This document shows, piece by piece, positions 1-13,773 of a stretch of DNA of 64,000 nucleotides (its first letter is position 1; each line of letters begins with the position of its first letter). The position numbers and the translations under genes were made by a program. Where the stretch lies: NCBI GenBank assembly GCA_951406725.2, contig OX597817.1:130820001-130884000 (forward strand). The letters run 5' to 3'. Source of the DNA: Octopus vulgaris (Eukaryota). The notes beneath the pieces were generated by a model. The model did not search any database, was not told the origin of the DNA, and saw only the letters and a list, made by a program, of their open reading frames with translations.

Positions 1-35
1 TTAATCCGAAAAGGATTCTTCCTTCATCAACGAGG

Positions 36-92
<57 letters not shown>

Positions 93-494
93 GACAGTAT
101 ACATGAATGTATAGATAGATAACTTGATGGATTTGTGTGAATGCATACGTACTTGGGTTTCTGCTAAGATTTCAACTGAGATTTAGAATTGTCAAAAAAA
201 TTGAAACGAAATAGTGAGTCACCATTTGAATGAATGTTTCATTGTGCAAGAAATAGGATTTAAGTAATTAACTGTGTATATGTGTATGTATGCATATAAA
301 TATGAGTATTTGATTCTGCATATGTGAATGTATATAATTCTATATGTAAATAATGAGACATTTAAGGTGTGTTATTATACATGAATGCATATTTGTAACA
401 AAATAGAATATCAGATCCGGGTTTTCTTTTGTGAGAAATTTTACCAGATATACATACATACATACATATTTTTATGCATATATAAATATATATC

Positions 495-725
495 TATTTC
501 TTTACTACCCACAAGGGGCTAAACACAGAGGGGACAAACAAGGACAGACAAACGGATTAAGTCGATTATATCGACCCAAGTGCGTAACTGGTACTTATTT
601 AATCGACCCCGAAAGGATGAAAGGCAAAGTCGACCTCAGCGGAATTTGAACTCAGAACGTAGCGGCAGACGAAATACGGCTACGCATTTCGCCCGGCGTG
701 CTAACGATTCTGCCAGCTCGCCGCC
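495..725 (-). mobile_element. tRNA-derived SINE, family A (Meta-domain-like body)
   Basis: Reverse strand begins GGCGGCGAGCTGGCAGAATCGTT (A box) with GAGTTCAAATTCC (B box), then GCCTTTCATCCTTTCGGGGTCGAT. A related copy is at 57872-58048 and a decayed one near 1185-1265. Confidence 0.85.
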
Positions 726-1656
726 TATATCGTGGTTTCGATTCCCGGATCGGGTGCTATGTGGTGTTCTTGAGCAAAAATGCTTCATTTTGCGTTGTTC
801 TGCAATTATATCGTCCTGTGGTATGTGACACATCGTTCACCTGTAAAGGTAATGCAGATTCGATTGAGGGAGTGAGTTTAACTGAACACAAATATTTGAT
901 CACTATAAACATATCATCTGTATGGTTGTTCACCAAGAAATTGCAGAAGCTTTATACGAAGTCTAACGAGGGGCGAGTCCATGTTGATATATATACACAC
1001 ATGTAAGAGTCTGGATACAAATATTTCTTGAGCCGTATGACTCATCAGACCGATCTCCTGTTTCCTTGGCACGCAAATGACTAAGGACATAACATAACCC
1101 TAAATGTCATTCTGTTCCGTTGTAGGGTTTAAATCCAGCAATTTTGAGGAAAGTGTACAAGATTCTTGCCTCAAACTTTGCACTTGACTGGTAATACGTT
1201 TTATCGGCACAAAAAATAAAATTGAAAGTCAACCGTGAGAAGATTTGAGCTCAGAACGTAAAGGGTTTGGGGAAAAATACTATGAAACATTTTACCAGCA
1301 TTTTAATTTTTTCAGTTTACCGAACTTGGATACGGGAAAATTTTACAACCTTCGACGTCAAGTAACCACTATTGTTCCTGAAAGTTGTATTTTATACATT
1401 CTACGGATTGCTCGAAGCTTACTATTTTCCTACACCTTGATACTTGGATCTTACATATTACGGTATATATATGTATATATATATATGTGTGTGTGTTTGT
1501 GTATATGTATGTATATATTCCACCAGAACATCTGATGAAACTTGGAAAGTTGTGATAACAAGAGAAAAGATGAGGACACCTGTCCGTCCATGGTAAATAA
1601 TTTTCTTCTCTAATATTTAACTTTATATGTAAAGCGACAACGTAACTTAACTTAGA

Positions 1657-1670
1657 TGAGAGAGAGAGAG

Positions 1671-1719
<49 letters not shown>

Positions 1720-1878
1720 GAGAGAGAGAGAGAGAGGTAGAGAGAGAGAGAGAGATGAAGATATAAAGAGAGAGTTGTAGAATATTGTATATATATATAG
1801 AGAGAATGACAGAGATAGAATAAAGCCAACAGAAAGGGAGAGAGAGAAAGATAGAATAAGAGAGAGAAAGGGAGAGAG
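1657..1878. repeat. (GA)n microsatellite/low complexity
   Basis: Direct reading. Confidence 0.95.
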
Positions 1879-2146
1879 TAAAACATACATAATTTTAGTA
1901 TACCTGTTTATAAAACACCTGTATCTTTCTGATCAATCTGTGTTTCTTTTCTTTTTACCCTTTCTCATTCACTGTCTCTTCCAGCAAAGAAAAACATTAT
2001 GAAAGACATCCCAGATACTAGAAATAACAGCAGAACCACGCCTAAGCGTAGCAGAAAGAATTCCACAGATAAAAGAACGAAACAAAAGAGTTACAGTGTG
2101 ACAGTGTGTATAATGCTTATATATAGAAACTATACTAAAACATACG

Positions 2147-2182
<36 letters not shown>

Positions 2183-2299
2183 AACATATATATATATGTG
2201 TGAGTGTGTGTGTGCTTAGAATGACAAATTTATGAGTGAATATACCTATACCTACGTATGCATATATGTAGGTATGTATGTATGTATGTATGTGTGTGC

Positions 2300-2610
2300 A
2301 TACGTATGCGCAAGACCCTGCCTCAGTAAAGCTGGACTCAAGAGTCATCTTCGTCGTCATAAAACGAGACCGATGATTGACTACCAGGCCGCTGGTGGTG
2401 GTGTTACACACCATACTAATCATATCTGTAAGGCACGGGGAAGGGAATGTGATTCGGCGGGAGGACTTATACGACATGCAAAGGTATAAGAAACCCAGTT
2501 ACAACTACAGCCGGCTGTTGCCAGTAAAGGTTTTAGCAGCCAATTCTGTACAAGACATTGTAGATCTTTAGCTGGTCTAAAAAGTCATATTCGATCACCG
2601 CACCGTTAAC
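2300..2610 (+). mobile_element. Decayed fragment with three C2H2-like fingers, probably the 3' end of an RTE-type LINE ORF
   Basis: CARPCLSKAGLKSHLRRH, CKARGRECDSAGGLIRHAKV and QFCTRHCRSLAGLKSHIRS; the CxSxxGLxSHxR pattern is typical of RTE C-termini. Confidence 0.55.
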
Positions 2611-2667
2611 AGGTAAGCCTCGTACAATGGCCATACTGGTGTAATGTGTTTTGAATGGCACAACAAC

Positions 2668-2937
2668 TATGGACTATAATAACTGTTATATTTTAATCAC
2701 CCATAATCTGATATAATATATATAAAAATTCCTTCTTCAGATATCCACAGGAAATGATCGAGTCATTGCTATAATCGATTTTCCAAACGTAAAAAAAATT
2801 AAAAAAACTTTTGGAAAATCGATTATAGCAGTGACTCGATCAATTTCTAGGGATATCTGAAGAAGGAATTTTTATATTCCGAAATATTATATCAGAATAT
2901 GTATTATTAAATTATAACAGTTATTATAGTCCATAAT
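2668..2937. repeat. Fold-back palindrome carrying a hammerhead-like core in its right arm
   Basis: tatggactataataactgttata...tataacagttattatagtccata arms around an A-rich loop; CTGAAGA-AGGAAT..ATTCC-GAAA-TATTATA-TC at 2857-2893. Confidence 0.8.
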
Positions 2938-3161
2938 ATTTCCTACTGATGATTAGAAAGGGTATTTAAAAACTCAAACACTGAAATCTATAGATTTAGG
3001 ACAAGCCAAGTTATTTTATAAATCTTTGCTGTCTATTTTTCCACGCTTTGTGTAATGGAGCAATAATCTAAGTAGTTCATAGACCATTTGGAATCTATCA
3101 CTAGCAGACAGCACCATTATTATAATTTTAAAAACATACATATATACATATCAATATATTA

Positions 3162-3545
3162 CTAGGGCACTCCGTCCGTTAAGACGACAAGGGTTTCAAT
3201 TGTTGAGATCAACGGAACAGCCTGCTCGTGAAATTAACGTGCAGGTGGCTGAGCACTCCACAGACACATGTACCCTTAACGTAGTTCTTGGGGAGATTCA
3301 GCGTGACACAGAGTGTGACAAGGCTGGCCCTTTGAAATACAGGTACAACAGAAACAGGAAGAATGTGTGTGAGAATGTTGTGGTGAAAGAGTACAGCAGG
3401 GTTCACCGCATACCCCTGGCGGATCCTCGTGTAGCTTTAGGTGTTTTTGCTCAATAAACACTGACAACGCCTGGTCTGGGAATCGAAACTGCAATCCTAT
3501 GACTGTGAGACCAATGCCATAACCACAGGTCTGTTGCGCTTCTAC
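3162..3545 (-). mobile_element. tRNA-derived SINE, family B
   Basis: Reverse strand GTGGTTA...GTTTCGATTCCCAGACCAGGCGTTGTCAGTGTTTATTGAGC; homologous to 7446-7755. Confidence 0.75.
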
Positions 3546-3549
3546 ATAT

Positions 3550-3628
<79 letters not shown>

Positions 3629-3639
3629 GTTAATACAAA

Positions 3640-3835
3640 CATGAAAACACAACGACAAAACAGAAAAATGTGAGGACGTGGAACAAGTATAATGTTACTG
3701 GACGCTCAGGAAAGGAAAGGAAGAAGGAGGATTAACGTTTCGAGCGGAGCACTTCGTCAGGAACATAGGAAAAGGAAAGATCCGAGGAAGGGAAGACGGA
3801 GGAAAAATCGCCAACGATACACAGACCATCACGCA
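3640..3835 (-). mobile_element. ~200-bp repeat with minimal hammerhead motif (Penelope pLTR-like)
   Basis: Reverse complement of 15450-15657; CTGACGA-A-GTGC-TCC-GCTC-GAAA-CGTT at 3734-3760 (-). Confidence 0.7.
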
Positions 3836-3898
3836 CATACACACACGCATATGTGTATATATTTATACATATACATACAAATATACACACATATACAT

Positions 3899-3973
<75 letters not shown>

Positions 3974-4279
3974 CCTATACACACACATTTATATATGCCT
4001 AAAAGTGAGTGAGTGTTTGCTTGTGTTTGTGTTTGCTTGTCTTGACAAAGCGTAATATTTGTAAATGAGTGTCCCTGTCATACCAGCAGTGTAATTTATT
4101 CCAATATTCTTCAAAAACACAACACAGGGAATATTACCTTGCATGGAAACAGGGGTGGTTTGGTGACAGGAAGGATATCAAGTCATGGAAAATCCACCTC
4201 AAACTCTACCCAACCCTCACAAACATGAACAAGCAAACATTAAAACAATGTTGTGATGAAAACCTAAAAATTTCACATA

Positions 4280-4668
4280 GGCGTAGGAGTGGCTGTGTTG
4301 CTAGCTTAGCAACCACATGGTTCCGGGTTCAGTCCCACTGCGTGGCACCTTGTGCAAGTGTCTTTTGCTATAGCGTCGGGCTGACCAAAGACTTGTGAGT
4401 GGATTTGGTAGACAGAAACTGAAAGAATCCCGTCGTATATATGTATATATATGTATGTGTGTGTGTATGCTTGTGTGTCTGTGTTTGTCCCCCAACATCG
4501 CTTGACAACCTATGCTAGTGTATTTACGTCCCCGTAACTTAGCGGTTCGGCAAAAGCGACCGATAGAATAAGTACTAGGCCTACAAAGAATACGTCTTGT
4601 GGTCGATTTGCTCGACTAAAGGCGGTGCTCCAGCATGGCCATATTCAAATGACTGAAGCAAGTAAAAA
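4280..4668 (+). mobile_element. tRNA-derived SINE, family C
   Basis: GGCGTAGGAGTGGCTGTG...GGTTCAGTCCC head, internal (TG/TA)n, 3' GACTGAAGCAAGTAAAA tail; near-identical copies at 10470-11053 and 15015-15408. Confidence 0.88.
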
Positions 4669-4789
4669 AGTATAGATAAAAGAGAGAGTGTTTATATCAA
4701 TATACTAATCTAAGCATACTTTAGCTTAGTTAAAATATGTTTGTCATATATTTAAACTTCTAAAGACAAACTCTGCAGTCAACGTCTCT

Positions 4790-5640
4790 TATAGAAAAAA
4801 GGTGTAAACCACCAAAGCTGCCAACTGCTTCCCCTACAAGACTCCCAAAACTACGGTACGGGAGAAGCTGCTGAGATGGAGGGTTTCTTGAGAGAGAACA
4901 AGGAGTGGTTTGTTGAAAACGATGAAGAAATACATTAATTTCTCCACCAGAATCATATTTGTCACCAAAGAATACTCACCAACGCCAACATCCAGATAAA
5001 CAAGTCTGCCAATAATTCTGCCTTTAGATATCTCCAACAGAAACTGTGGCACATCCCGAACAATTGGTGGGAAGCAAGAGACAATGCTACGTCATGCTAA
5101 CCAGGGAGACATCAAATTCTTATATGAGGCACTTCACACAATTAGCGGCCCCACCTACCAAACTCAAGCCCGTTTGTGCTCTGTTGATGGAATGGTTCTG
5201 CCGACGGAGAATAATGAGATTTTGTATCACAGGAATGAAAACTACGCATGTTCGGAGACACATGCTTAGTGCATGCAGAGTCCATTAGCAGAATACTACA
5301 GCAAGTGGAGGAAACAGAGCTGGACCATCCACTCTCTATAGGCGAGGTCAAGGCAGTAATTGCTAAGCTGAGAACCCTCAAGAGTGTGGTGGTAGTGGTC
5401 ATTCAGCTGAGGTATACAAGCATGGCTGGGGTTGACTTCTTCAGAAGCTCACTGACCACTTCACATTATAGAGGGAGAGAGGGGAAATTCTAAGTGATCT
5501 TTGCAATACCGATATAATGTCTTTGCATAAGTAATAACAGGATTACAACTACGGAGGCATCATGCTGCTTTCAATTATAGACAAGTTACTGGTGTGTATT
5601 TCTTTTAGAAAGAGGCATTGCGGCATTGCTGATATGTTTT
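4790..5640 (+). mobile_element. Decayed RTE-clade LINE fragment
   Basis: FLYEALHTISGPT..LCSVDG, LSIGEVKAVI, and NYGGIMLLSIIDKLL (NYRGISLL-like) across frameshifts. Confidence 0.6.
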
Positions 5641-5699
5641 TATGTGTGTATAATGTTTAATCTTTAATTTTAAAATTGCTTCAGCTTCAAAGCTACGGT

Positions 5700-6290
5700 C
5701 ATGCTGGGACACCACCGTTGACTGTGCTACACCATTATCTGAAACCTCCTTTGATATGTAGCATTTGGTAAATGAGGGAGTTTAATGCCACTGCCCTCAT
5801 CTGTGTTTCCGGCCGTGAGGTAAGCTCATCTGGAAGTCTTGACAGGAGGAGATCCGGTTTTGTTTGGAAGACACCTACATCCATACCATGCACGTCCCTC
5901 AGATATTTTGGAAGGATATTGAAGAGCTGTGGGCCCTTGAAATCCAAGCTATTGCAGCATCTGGTCCTGTATTTTGATAGAAATTCTGGGATCTTTGGCA
6001 CTATGCAGTTTGTGTAACTTTGAATGCCAAAGTTTGGTACAAGGCCTTCCGGGATATTCCAGATGTATATCACTGCATATCTTTCCCACCTTCATTCTAG
6101 AGAAATGAGTTCTAATTCTTTCAGTGTTTCCCAGTAGCTGATACGTTGTATTGAGTTGATTCTCTTTGGATTGCTTCGAGTTCTGCCGTTAATTTTATAT
6201 TGTGTGATGACCAAAGTAGGGAGTAGTAGTCCAAGTGGCTGAGTAGCCATACTTGCTAGCTATGTAGATGACACAAAAGTATAATTTATC
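5700..6290 (-). mobile_element. CR1-group LINE 3' fragment
   Basis: IYIWxIxEGLVPNFGI, GPQLFNILPK; paralogous to 8348-8905. Confidence 0.8.
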
Positions 6291-7445
6291 GTAGTTAATT
6301 CTAAATTTTAGGTTTAGAGTGAAAGATATTATAGTGTATAGTGATTCTATTCTCTATTAGTGACTTTGTTCTCTTTATCTATTAAAGCTAAAATGTATTC
6401 GTATTTTTCATTGATAAATGTATATTTCCATCTGTTTGTTCTATCTCTGTTAATAACGTAATTCCACGAGTTTTCTTATAAACGCTGAAAAAGACGTTTT
6501 CCGTTTTGAAATTTTAGTTAATGACACGCTATTTGAGAGATAAGTAAACTTTTTTTATTTAAGAAATATTATTGTATTCTATATAACTATTGATTGTTAA
6601 ATTTGAATTTATATTTTTTTGGTTATTAATAATAATTTGGATTTGTACATTTATTTAATTATTATTAGTATATAATTACCATAACTAAACGTAGATTTTA
6701 AGATATTAGTTAGTCACTTTGCGATATTGATCGTAAAAATGTTTTTGATAATAGTGATGATAATAGTAATAATAAATATGTTACAAAGATAGGGTATACG
6801 TTTTTAATTTGAATTTTTTAATTCTTAAATTGTATTTCATAAATATATTCTATAGATATCTATAATATTTATGTAAGTAATAATGAACTAATTTATTTTT
6901 GGTTATATGTTTATACATTTATTGATAGAGAAATTGATTATAATTTGATAGAGAAATTGATTATAATTTGGATACATATTTTTATGTATTTATTATTTTA
7001 TAATTATTATATGCGAACTAAAATCTAAAAATATTAATAGTGATTATTTTCTTAAAAAATTTGGTAATCAAATATTGGAGTATAACTAAGTTAAAGATAT
7101 TCGATAGTTTATTAATGATTTTTAAGCCAAATTATATCTTCACAGATAAATACATATTTCTCTATCTTTTTTCACCTTAAATATTAAATATTTTTTTACC
7201 TTAACTATTAAATATTTTACATAATAAATATGTTCTACGAAATAATCCTATATTTTAACTTTCAAATTTAGTTAATAGAGTTTTTCTAAAAGAAAAATTA
7301 TTATTTTATTTATTTTAAAAATAAATATTGATTCACTCTATTTGCTTATTTATTTAACTATTATCTTTAAACTGAAGATTGACTATAATTTTAAATTGAA
7401 TTTACTTCAATTGAATGTAAATTTAATTGTAATTCGAATTTAATT

Positions 7446-7750
7446 GTAGCCCAGTGGTTAGGGCAGCGGACACGCTGTTGTAGAATCGCGGGTTCGATTC
7501 CCAAACCGGGCGTTGTGAGTGTTTATTGAGCGAAAACACTTAAAGCTCCAGGTGTCTCTGGCAGGGCGGGGTGGCGAAGAGTACAGCAGGGGCTGCTGTA
7601 CTCTTTCGCCACATCTTTCTCTCTTTCTTCTGTTGGTCTGCTCGCTTAGCCAGCGGGGTGGCTTCATTTGAAGGCTAAAACAATGCAAAGCGCATTGTGA
7701 CCAGCGATGTGCAGCAACATCTGATAGCCTGGTCGGTCACGGTGATGACG

Positions 7751-7755
<5 letters not shown>
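7446..7755 (+). mobile_element. tRNA-derived SINE, family B
   Basis: TAGCCCAGTGGTTAG A box, GGGTTCGATTCCC B box; ends in (TA)n. Confidence 0.8.
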
Positions 7756-7792
<37 letters not shown>

Positions 7793-7933
7793 TTCAGTTG
7801 AGTATGGTACTTAATTTAAAGGCACCAAAATTTAGTATGGTATTATCGATATAATTCAAAATGGGGAGATTATAATCAAAATAAGCAACAAGGATACCCA
7901 GAGGTAATGCATTTCCTCTGGATATCCTTGTTG

Positions 7934-8040
<107 letters not shown>

Positions 8041-8344
8041 ATGTTTGTGTGTGTGTGTTTGTGTGTGTGCGTGGGTGTATGTAAAACTTACTTAGAAAAG
8101 GATGCGTAGGCGTTCAAGCATGTAACAATATAGATAATATATATATACATGCATATATACATACGTATATGCATATGTGGGCACAGTACGACACAAAACA
8201 TAAACAAGAAATAATACGAAGTGCGAGGACATTGAATAAGGGCTATTTTTGCAAGCAACGAAATAAACAAATGGAAAATTAGACAAGCAACACAGGGAAT
8301 GAGCTGTGACCATGCTGATGCTCTGCCGTTTTGCTACAGTGTTA

Positions 8345-10430
8345 TTACTAAGAGCCTTCTCTAATATGTGACACTTGGTGAAGGATGGAGTTTGGTATCG
8401 CTAACCTCATTAGCACCTCTTGCCGTGAGGTAGGTTCATCTGGGACTCTCGACAGGAAGAGGTCCAGCTTTGATTTAAAAACCACTACATCTACTTTGTG
8501 CAAGTTCCTCAGGCTCTTTGGGAGAATATTAAAAAGCTGTGGGCCCTTGAAACCCAGGTTTTTGCAGTACCTGGTCCTGAATGGCATAGCTGGGACCTTT
8601 GGCACTATGCAGTGTCGTCCCGTTCTGGCATTGGTGTAGCATTCAATGCCAAAATTTGGCACAATTCCTTCCAGGATCTTCCAAATATATATTGCTGCAT
8701 ACCTCTCCCGTCTTCTTTCCAGGGAATAGAGTCTTAACTGTTTCAACCTTTCCCAGTAGCTGAGCTGTTGCAAAGAGACGATCTTCTTTGTGAATTTTCT
8801 CTGGATTGCTTCAAGGACCGCTGTTAATATCACACTTGTGGGTGACCAGAGCTGGGAGCAGTAATCTAGGCGGCTGAGGACGAATGTCTGCCAGAGGACC
8901 ATCATAGTTTCCTTATCTCTGGTTCTGAATGTTCTTAGGATCCATCCAGCCAGTCATCTGCACTTTGTCGCCATCCTGGTAATGTGCACTTGGAAAGAGG
9001 TATCATCACTCATGTCGATACTCAGATCCCTCACAGACTTAGGCTCTGGGATTGAAATTCTCTGTGGACCGGTGTACCCTGTAAGGTTCATATTCAGTTT
9101 TGGATTCTGGTAGCGTAGGGTTTGGAATCATTCAGCATTAAACTGTATATTATTATCGTCAGCCCATCTGTTAATTGAGTCCAGCTCCTGCTGCAAGTGT
9201 GCCACATCGCTGGGGTTCTGTATTTTCTGTGAGACTTTCGTATCGTCTGCATAACTTGCAAGGGTGGCTATCCGGACATTTGAGTGCATATCTGAGAGGG
9301 CCACTATAAAAAGCAGTGGTCCCAAGACAGTGTCCTGTGGAACACCGCTCACTATTTGTGTGTTCATAGAGGTGGCTCCATTAGCCACTACTGCCTAGCT
9401 CCTATCTTTCAGAAAGTCATGTAACCACTCCAGCTATGCCAAGATCACGCAGTTTGTGGCATATCATACCATGATCCACCTTGTCAAAAGCTTTTCCAAA
9501 ATCAAGGTATATAACGTCCACATTTGATTTGTTGAGTAACTGCCTCAACACCCAGTTATAATATTGTAAGAGCTGGGTCAGGCAGCTCCTACATGGTCGA
9601 AAACCATGCTGGGTATCACTCAGCAAGTTATTTTCTTCAAGGAATGCGATTAGTTTCCCTCTGACTATCCGTTCCATGACTTTGCTGATGCGTGAAGTCA
9701 GAGAGATAGGCCTATAGTTTTTGGCATCTGCTCTACTTCCCACTTTATGTATTGGGTATATTATTCCCGCCTTCAGCTTGCTTAGCAGTTTGCCATTTGT
9801 AAGAAAGCTCTGGAGGAGAATCTGGAGGGGTTTTGCCAGAGAATCTTTACACGATTTGAAGGGGATTGCTGGGAAACCATCAGGACTAGCAGTTGAGTTT
9901 GTGTCCACTTCCTCTATGGCTAGTAGTATATCTTCTTCGCTAATATCCATATATTCCATTGTAACTGCCACGCTGGTTATAGGTGATGCGGCAAAGAAGT
10001 CCACTGGTTCGTTTAATTGTCTGTGTTCCAACGGGGTGATAAATACACTTTTTAAGTGGTCATTCAGTATCTCACTGATCTTAGTTGGACTGTATGTGAG
10101 GGAGCCATCCTTTTGGAGGAGGGTTCCTATCTTTTAGTGTACTGAGGCTGTTTCTTTCGCGTAATGAAAGAAGGCCTTTGGGTTTGACTTAGTGTTTTTT
10201 ATAACCCAGGCTTCTTTGTCTGCTTTCTCCCTCACATAGGATTGTTGCAGCCTTTTTTCGATCTCCATCAGTGTTATTTTTAGGCGGGACGTTTCGCTAC
10301 TTTTGGGATGCTGGTTGAGTCGATTTGCAGCCTTCGTCCTTCGTCTCATGAGGATCTTCCTCTCCCTTGGAATCTTGCTCCTATTTATTATGGCCTTGTG
10401 CTCCGGGACATGTCAATGTCTGGTGTGGAG
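8345..10430 (-). mobile_element. CR1-group (Jockey superfamily) LINE, 5'-truncated, decayed reverse transcriptase
   Basis: NYRPISLT, QHGFRPxRSC, YLDFGKAFDKV, GVPQDTVLGPLLF, YADDTK, RLDYCSQLWSP, SLERRRERY across several broken ORFs. Confidence 0.92.
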
Positions 10431-10469
10431 AGACATTTCGGCCTATATATATAAATATATATATATATA

Positions 10470-10679
10470 CTCTTTACTCTTTAACTTGTTTCAGTCATTT
10501 GACTGTGGCCATGCTGGAGTACCAGCTTTAGTCGAGCAAATCGACTCCTAGACTTATTGTTTGTAAGACTAGTACTTATTCTATCGGTCTTATTTGCCAA
10601 ATCGCTAGGTTACAGGGACGTAAACACACCAGCATCGGTTGTCACGCGATGTTGGGGACAAACACAGACACACAAACAT

Positions 10680-10710
<31 letters not shown>

Positions 10711-10725
10711 TATACACACACACAC

Positions 10726-10806
<81 letters not shown>

Positions 10807-10809
10807 ATA

Positions 10810-10882
<73 letters not shown>

Positions 10883-11053
10883 CATATATACGACGAGCTT
10901 CTTTCAGTTTCCGTCTACCAAATCCACTTACAATGGTTTGGTCGCCTGAGGTTATAGTAGAAGATACTTCCCCAAGGTGCCCTCGCAGTGGGATTGAACC
11001 AGGAACCATGTGGTTTGTAAGAAAGATACTTACCACACAGCCACTTCTACGCC
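10470..11053 (-). mobile_element. SINE family C with expanded internal CA/TA microsatellite
   Basis: Reverse complement of the 4280/15015 element. Confidence 0.85.
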
Positions 11054-11083
11054 TATAAATATATATATACATATATATATATA

Positions 11084-12281
11084 CAGTGGTTGGACAAAAT
11101 AATGGAAACACTATGCATCATAGCATTATAATACTGAAATATCTATAAAACCGTCAAAAGCTTGTTTACTTTTATGTTTTTCGATTTATTATTAGTGTTG
11201 CTCAATGTTTTGATAAAATTGCTGTTTCTTTTCAGATATCATTAGAAAAACGTAATTAGATTTCATTAAAATGACGGATCTAACGGTTAAATTGTTGGTG
11301 CTCGTATGGCAGATGCTAGCATAACGAAAACAGCCGAAATGTTTGATGTTTCAAGAAGCACTGTCTCAAAAGTAATGACAGCCTTTGAGAAAGAGCGAAA
11401 AACCTCCTCGCGGAAACAAAACTCCGGAAGAATACCAAAACTTTCAGATAGGGACCGTTGGATTCTTACGCGAATTGTTAGAAAGGATCACAAAAGTACA
11501 GCTCCCAAAATTACTGCAGAGCTTAATGACCACCTCCAGAGCGCAGCTTCCACAGCCGGAAGCTGCACAATGCCGGATTTCACGGGAGGGCTGCAATCAG
11601 AAAACCATTACAGAAATGGTCCCTAGAGCAGCGGAAGAATGTTATTTTCCCGGACTAGTCATCTTTTACCTTATTTCCGACCACCAACCGTGTAAACGTG
11701 TGGAGACAGTAAAATGAAGCATTTTGACCTAGTCTGCCTTCTTCCAACTGTTAAACATGGAGGAGGATTGTGATGATCTGGGGAGAGGGTGCTATATCTT
11801 GGAAATCCGCCAGCCCAATGGTTTCCTTTCACGGCAGAATTAATAGTCAAGACTAGTTAAGCATTTTATCTGATCAAATTCATCCTATTGTTGCGGTTTT
11901 TTTCCGGAGAGAAACGCAATCTTTCAGGATGATAATGCATCAATTCACACAGCTACAGTTATTACTGAATAGCTCGAGGAACATTCTAGTGAAGTTGAAA
12001 TTATTATCTGGCCACCACAGTCCCCAGATCACAATATTATTGAACATTTATGGTGCATTTTAGAAAAACAAGTAAGGATTCGATATCCTCCACTACAGTA
12101 CAAGAACTAGAGACTGTTTTAACTGAAGAATGGACAAACATTCCTTTGGAAGCAATTCAAACTGTGTATGAGTCCATACCTCGTAGAATTCAAGCTGTAA
12201 TTACTACCAAAGGCGGTCCTACCCCATATTAAAATAAATACGTTTGTCATTTTAAGGTGATTCTATTATTTTGTCCAAGTC

Positions 12282-12284
<3 letters not shown>
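11084..12284 (+). mobile_element. Tc1-family (DD34E) DNA transposon, full length but pseudogenised
   Basis: TA-flanked TIRs CAGTGGTTGGACAAAATAATGGAAACAC / GTGATTCTATTATTTTGTCCAAGTCCTG; HTH N-terminus, FQDDNAxIH, WPPQSPDxNIIExLW, GGPTPY-stop. Confidence 0.92.
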
Positions 12285-12344
<60 letters not shown>

Positions 12345-12753
12345 TGCTAGATCCTAAGAGGATTTACACAAAGCTTTAATGTTTTCTTACCCTCCTTTAT
12401 TTCAATTGTTATTTATTGTTATAATATTCATTATTATGATATCCGCTTTTCTTTACTACATCGTCACCACCTCCTCCACCACGACCACCATTGCTGATGG
12501 TGTCACGTTGAAACTACCAATCCTCTAGACATTGTACATACTTCTCTTTCTGAATCTCGACTTGGCTTTCTTTTCCCCCTCAGCGTTTCCCACACAATGC
12601 GAAGAAATTTTACAATGTGTATATTTGTGTGTGTGTGTGTACATATGTACGTATATCAACAGGAAATTGGAGATTTTTCGGTATACACACATGCACATAC
12701 ACATATATGCACACCCACGCACATACACATACACATAGACACATACGCACGCA

Positions 12754-12830
<77 letters not shown>

Positions 12831-12927
12831 CGACCCAAGAGCAGAGATTTCACAGTTCGCTTTTCCTTCGACAGGTATACACCAAGCACAAAATTTCTCT
12901 GTTGAAGATACTACAACCGCCATCAAA

Positions 12928-13086
12928 ATGATTTCTGCTTCAAAACTACGAGATTCTCTTGCCAAATTCCACCAGAAACTCGGCACTCCTCTGATTCTGG
13001 TCGGTGTGATGTTTGTTATGATGACTGTAACTTACTTCCATCAGACTTCACGTATATCAGTGTTAGAGAAAAGAGCCATTCCACGG
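12928..13086 (+). CDS. Coding exon 1 of short-chain collagen C4-like type II membrane protein (cytoplasmic tail + signal-anchor + KR site)
   Basis: CATCAAAATG start context; MISASKLRDSLAKFHQKLGTPLILVGVMFVMMTVTYFHQTSRISVLEKRAIPR with a hydrophobic ~20-aa stretch; ends CGG|gtaaga (phase 0). A polypyrimidine-CAG acceptor at 12861-12874 suggests an upstream non-coding exon. Confidence 0.7.
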
Positions 13087-13539
13087 GTAAGATTATTTGC
13101 TTTATACGTACTCTACGTGGAATTATCAAAGGTAGGATGGGGTTTATGCAATCTGTGAACAGAATTATTGATTGATAGGATGTGAACTGAACACTAAGAA
13201 TACTTAACAAATACGTTTGATTTGATATTGTGGGAGCACAAATCACTATAATATATCCGAGGCAACCAGAATAGATCAAGACTCATCAATTTTTTTTACG
13301 GTGGGTCAGATAACTGAGAGAATGACGAGCGCTGACCACATAACCATTTTGTTTAATACAAAACAGTGAATACGCAAAAAATAGAGACAATGAACATATT
13401 TACCAACAAGTTATCAAAGGTGATGTTAAGCAATAAGATAGTTATATCACACCCAGTGCGCACATATCCGAATTTCACAAACTAAGACCAAAAAAGATTG
13501 GTCAGATTTGTGAAATTGGTGTTTAGCTTTTAAGATATC

Positions 13540-13773
13540 ATCAATATTTACTTTGGAATTGCGGCATTTCAAATGTTCTTCAGTCAACCTCGTTTGATGT
13601 GCTGACTTCACATGTTTCATTTTTTAGAATGCTTGCTCACAGACATAAGTTGTTCCAAAAATTGATGCCAAATCAGAGCCAAATGAACTCTCATTGCAGG
13701 TACTTACACAAAAGGTATAAGGCGACGCGAGCCGGATGAACTGACCTCGCGAGCCGTAGTTTGGTGACCCCTG
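13540..13773 (-). mobile_element. hAT (Charlie/SPIN-like) internally deleted fragment
   Basis: Reverse strand TIR-like CAGGGGTCACCAAACTACGGC followed by SIFGTTYVCEQAF*KMKHVKSAHQTRLTEEHL (hAT dimerisation motif). Confidence 0.75.

Noticed and set aside
6481-6525. CTGAAAA-AGACG/CGTTT-GAAA hammerhead-like string in an AT-rich tract
   Set aside because: Core mismatch and no stems I or III; could be chance.
7446-7505. Possible tRNA genes at SINE heads
   Set aside because: A and B boxes only, continuing into SINE bodies; no full cloverleaf.
10557-11111. YI/CV/HT-repeat ORFs here and at many other loci (14628-15237, 34105-34772, 61012-61605)
   Set aside because: Translations of (TA)n/(CA)n microsatellites and SINE bodies.
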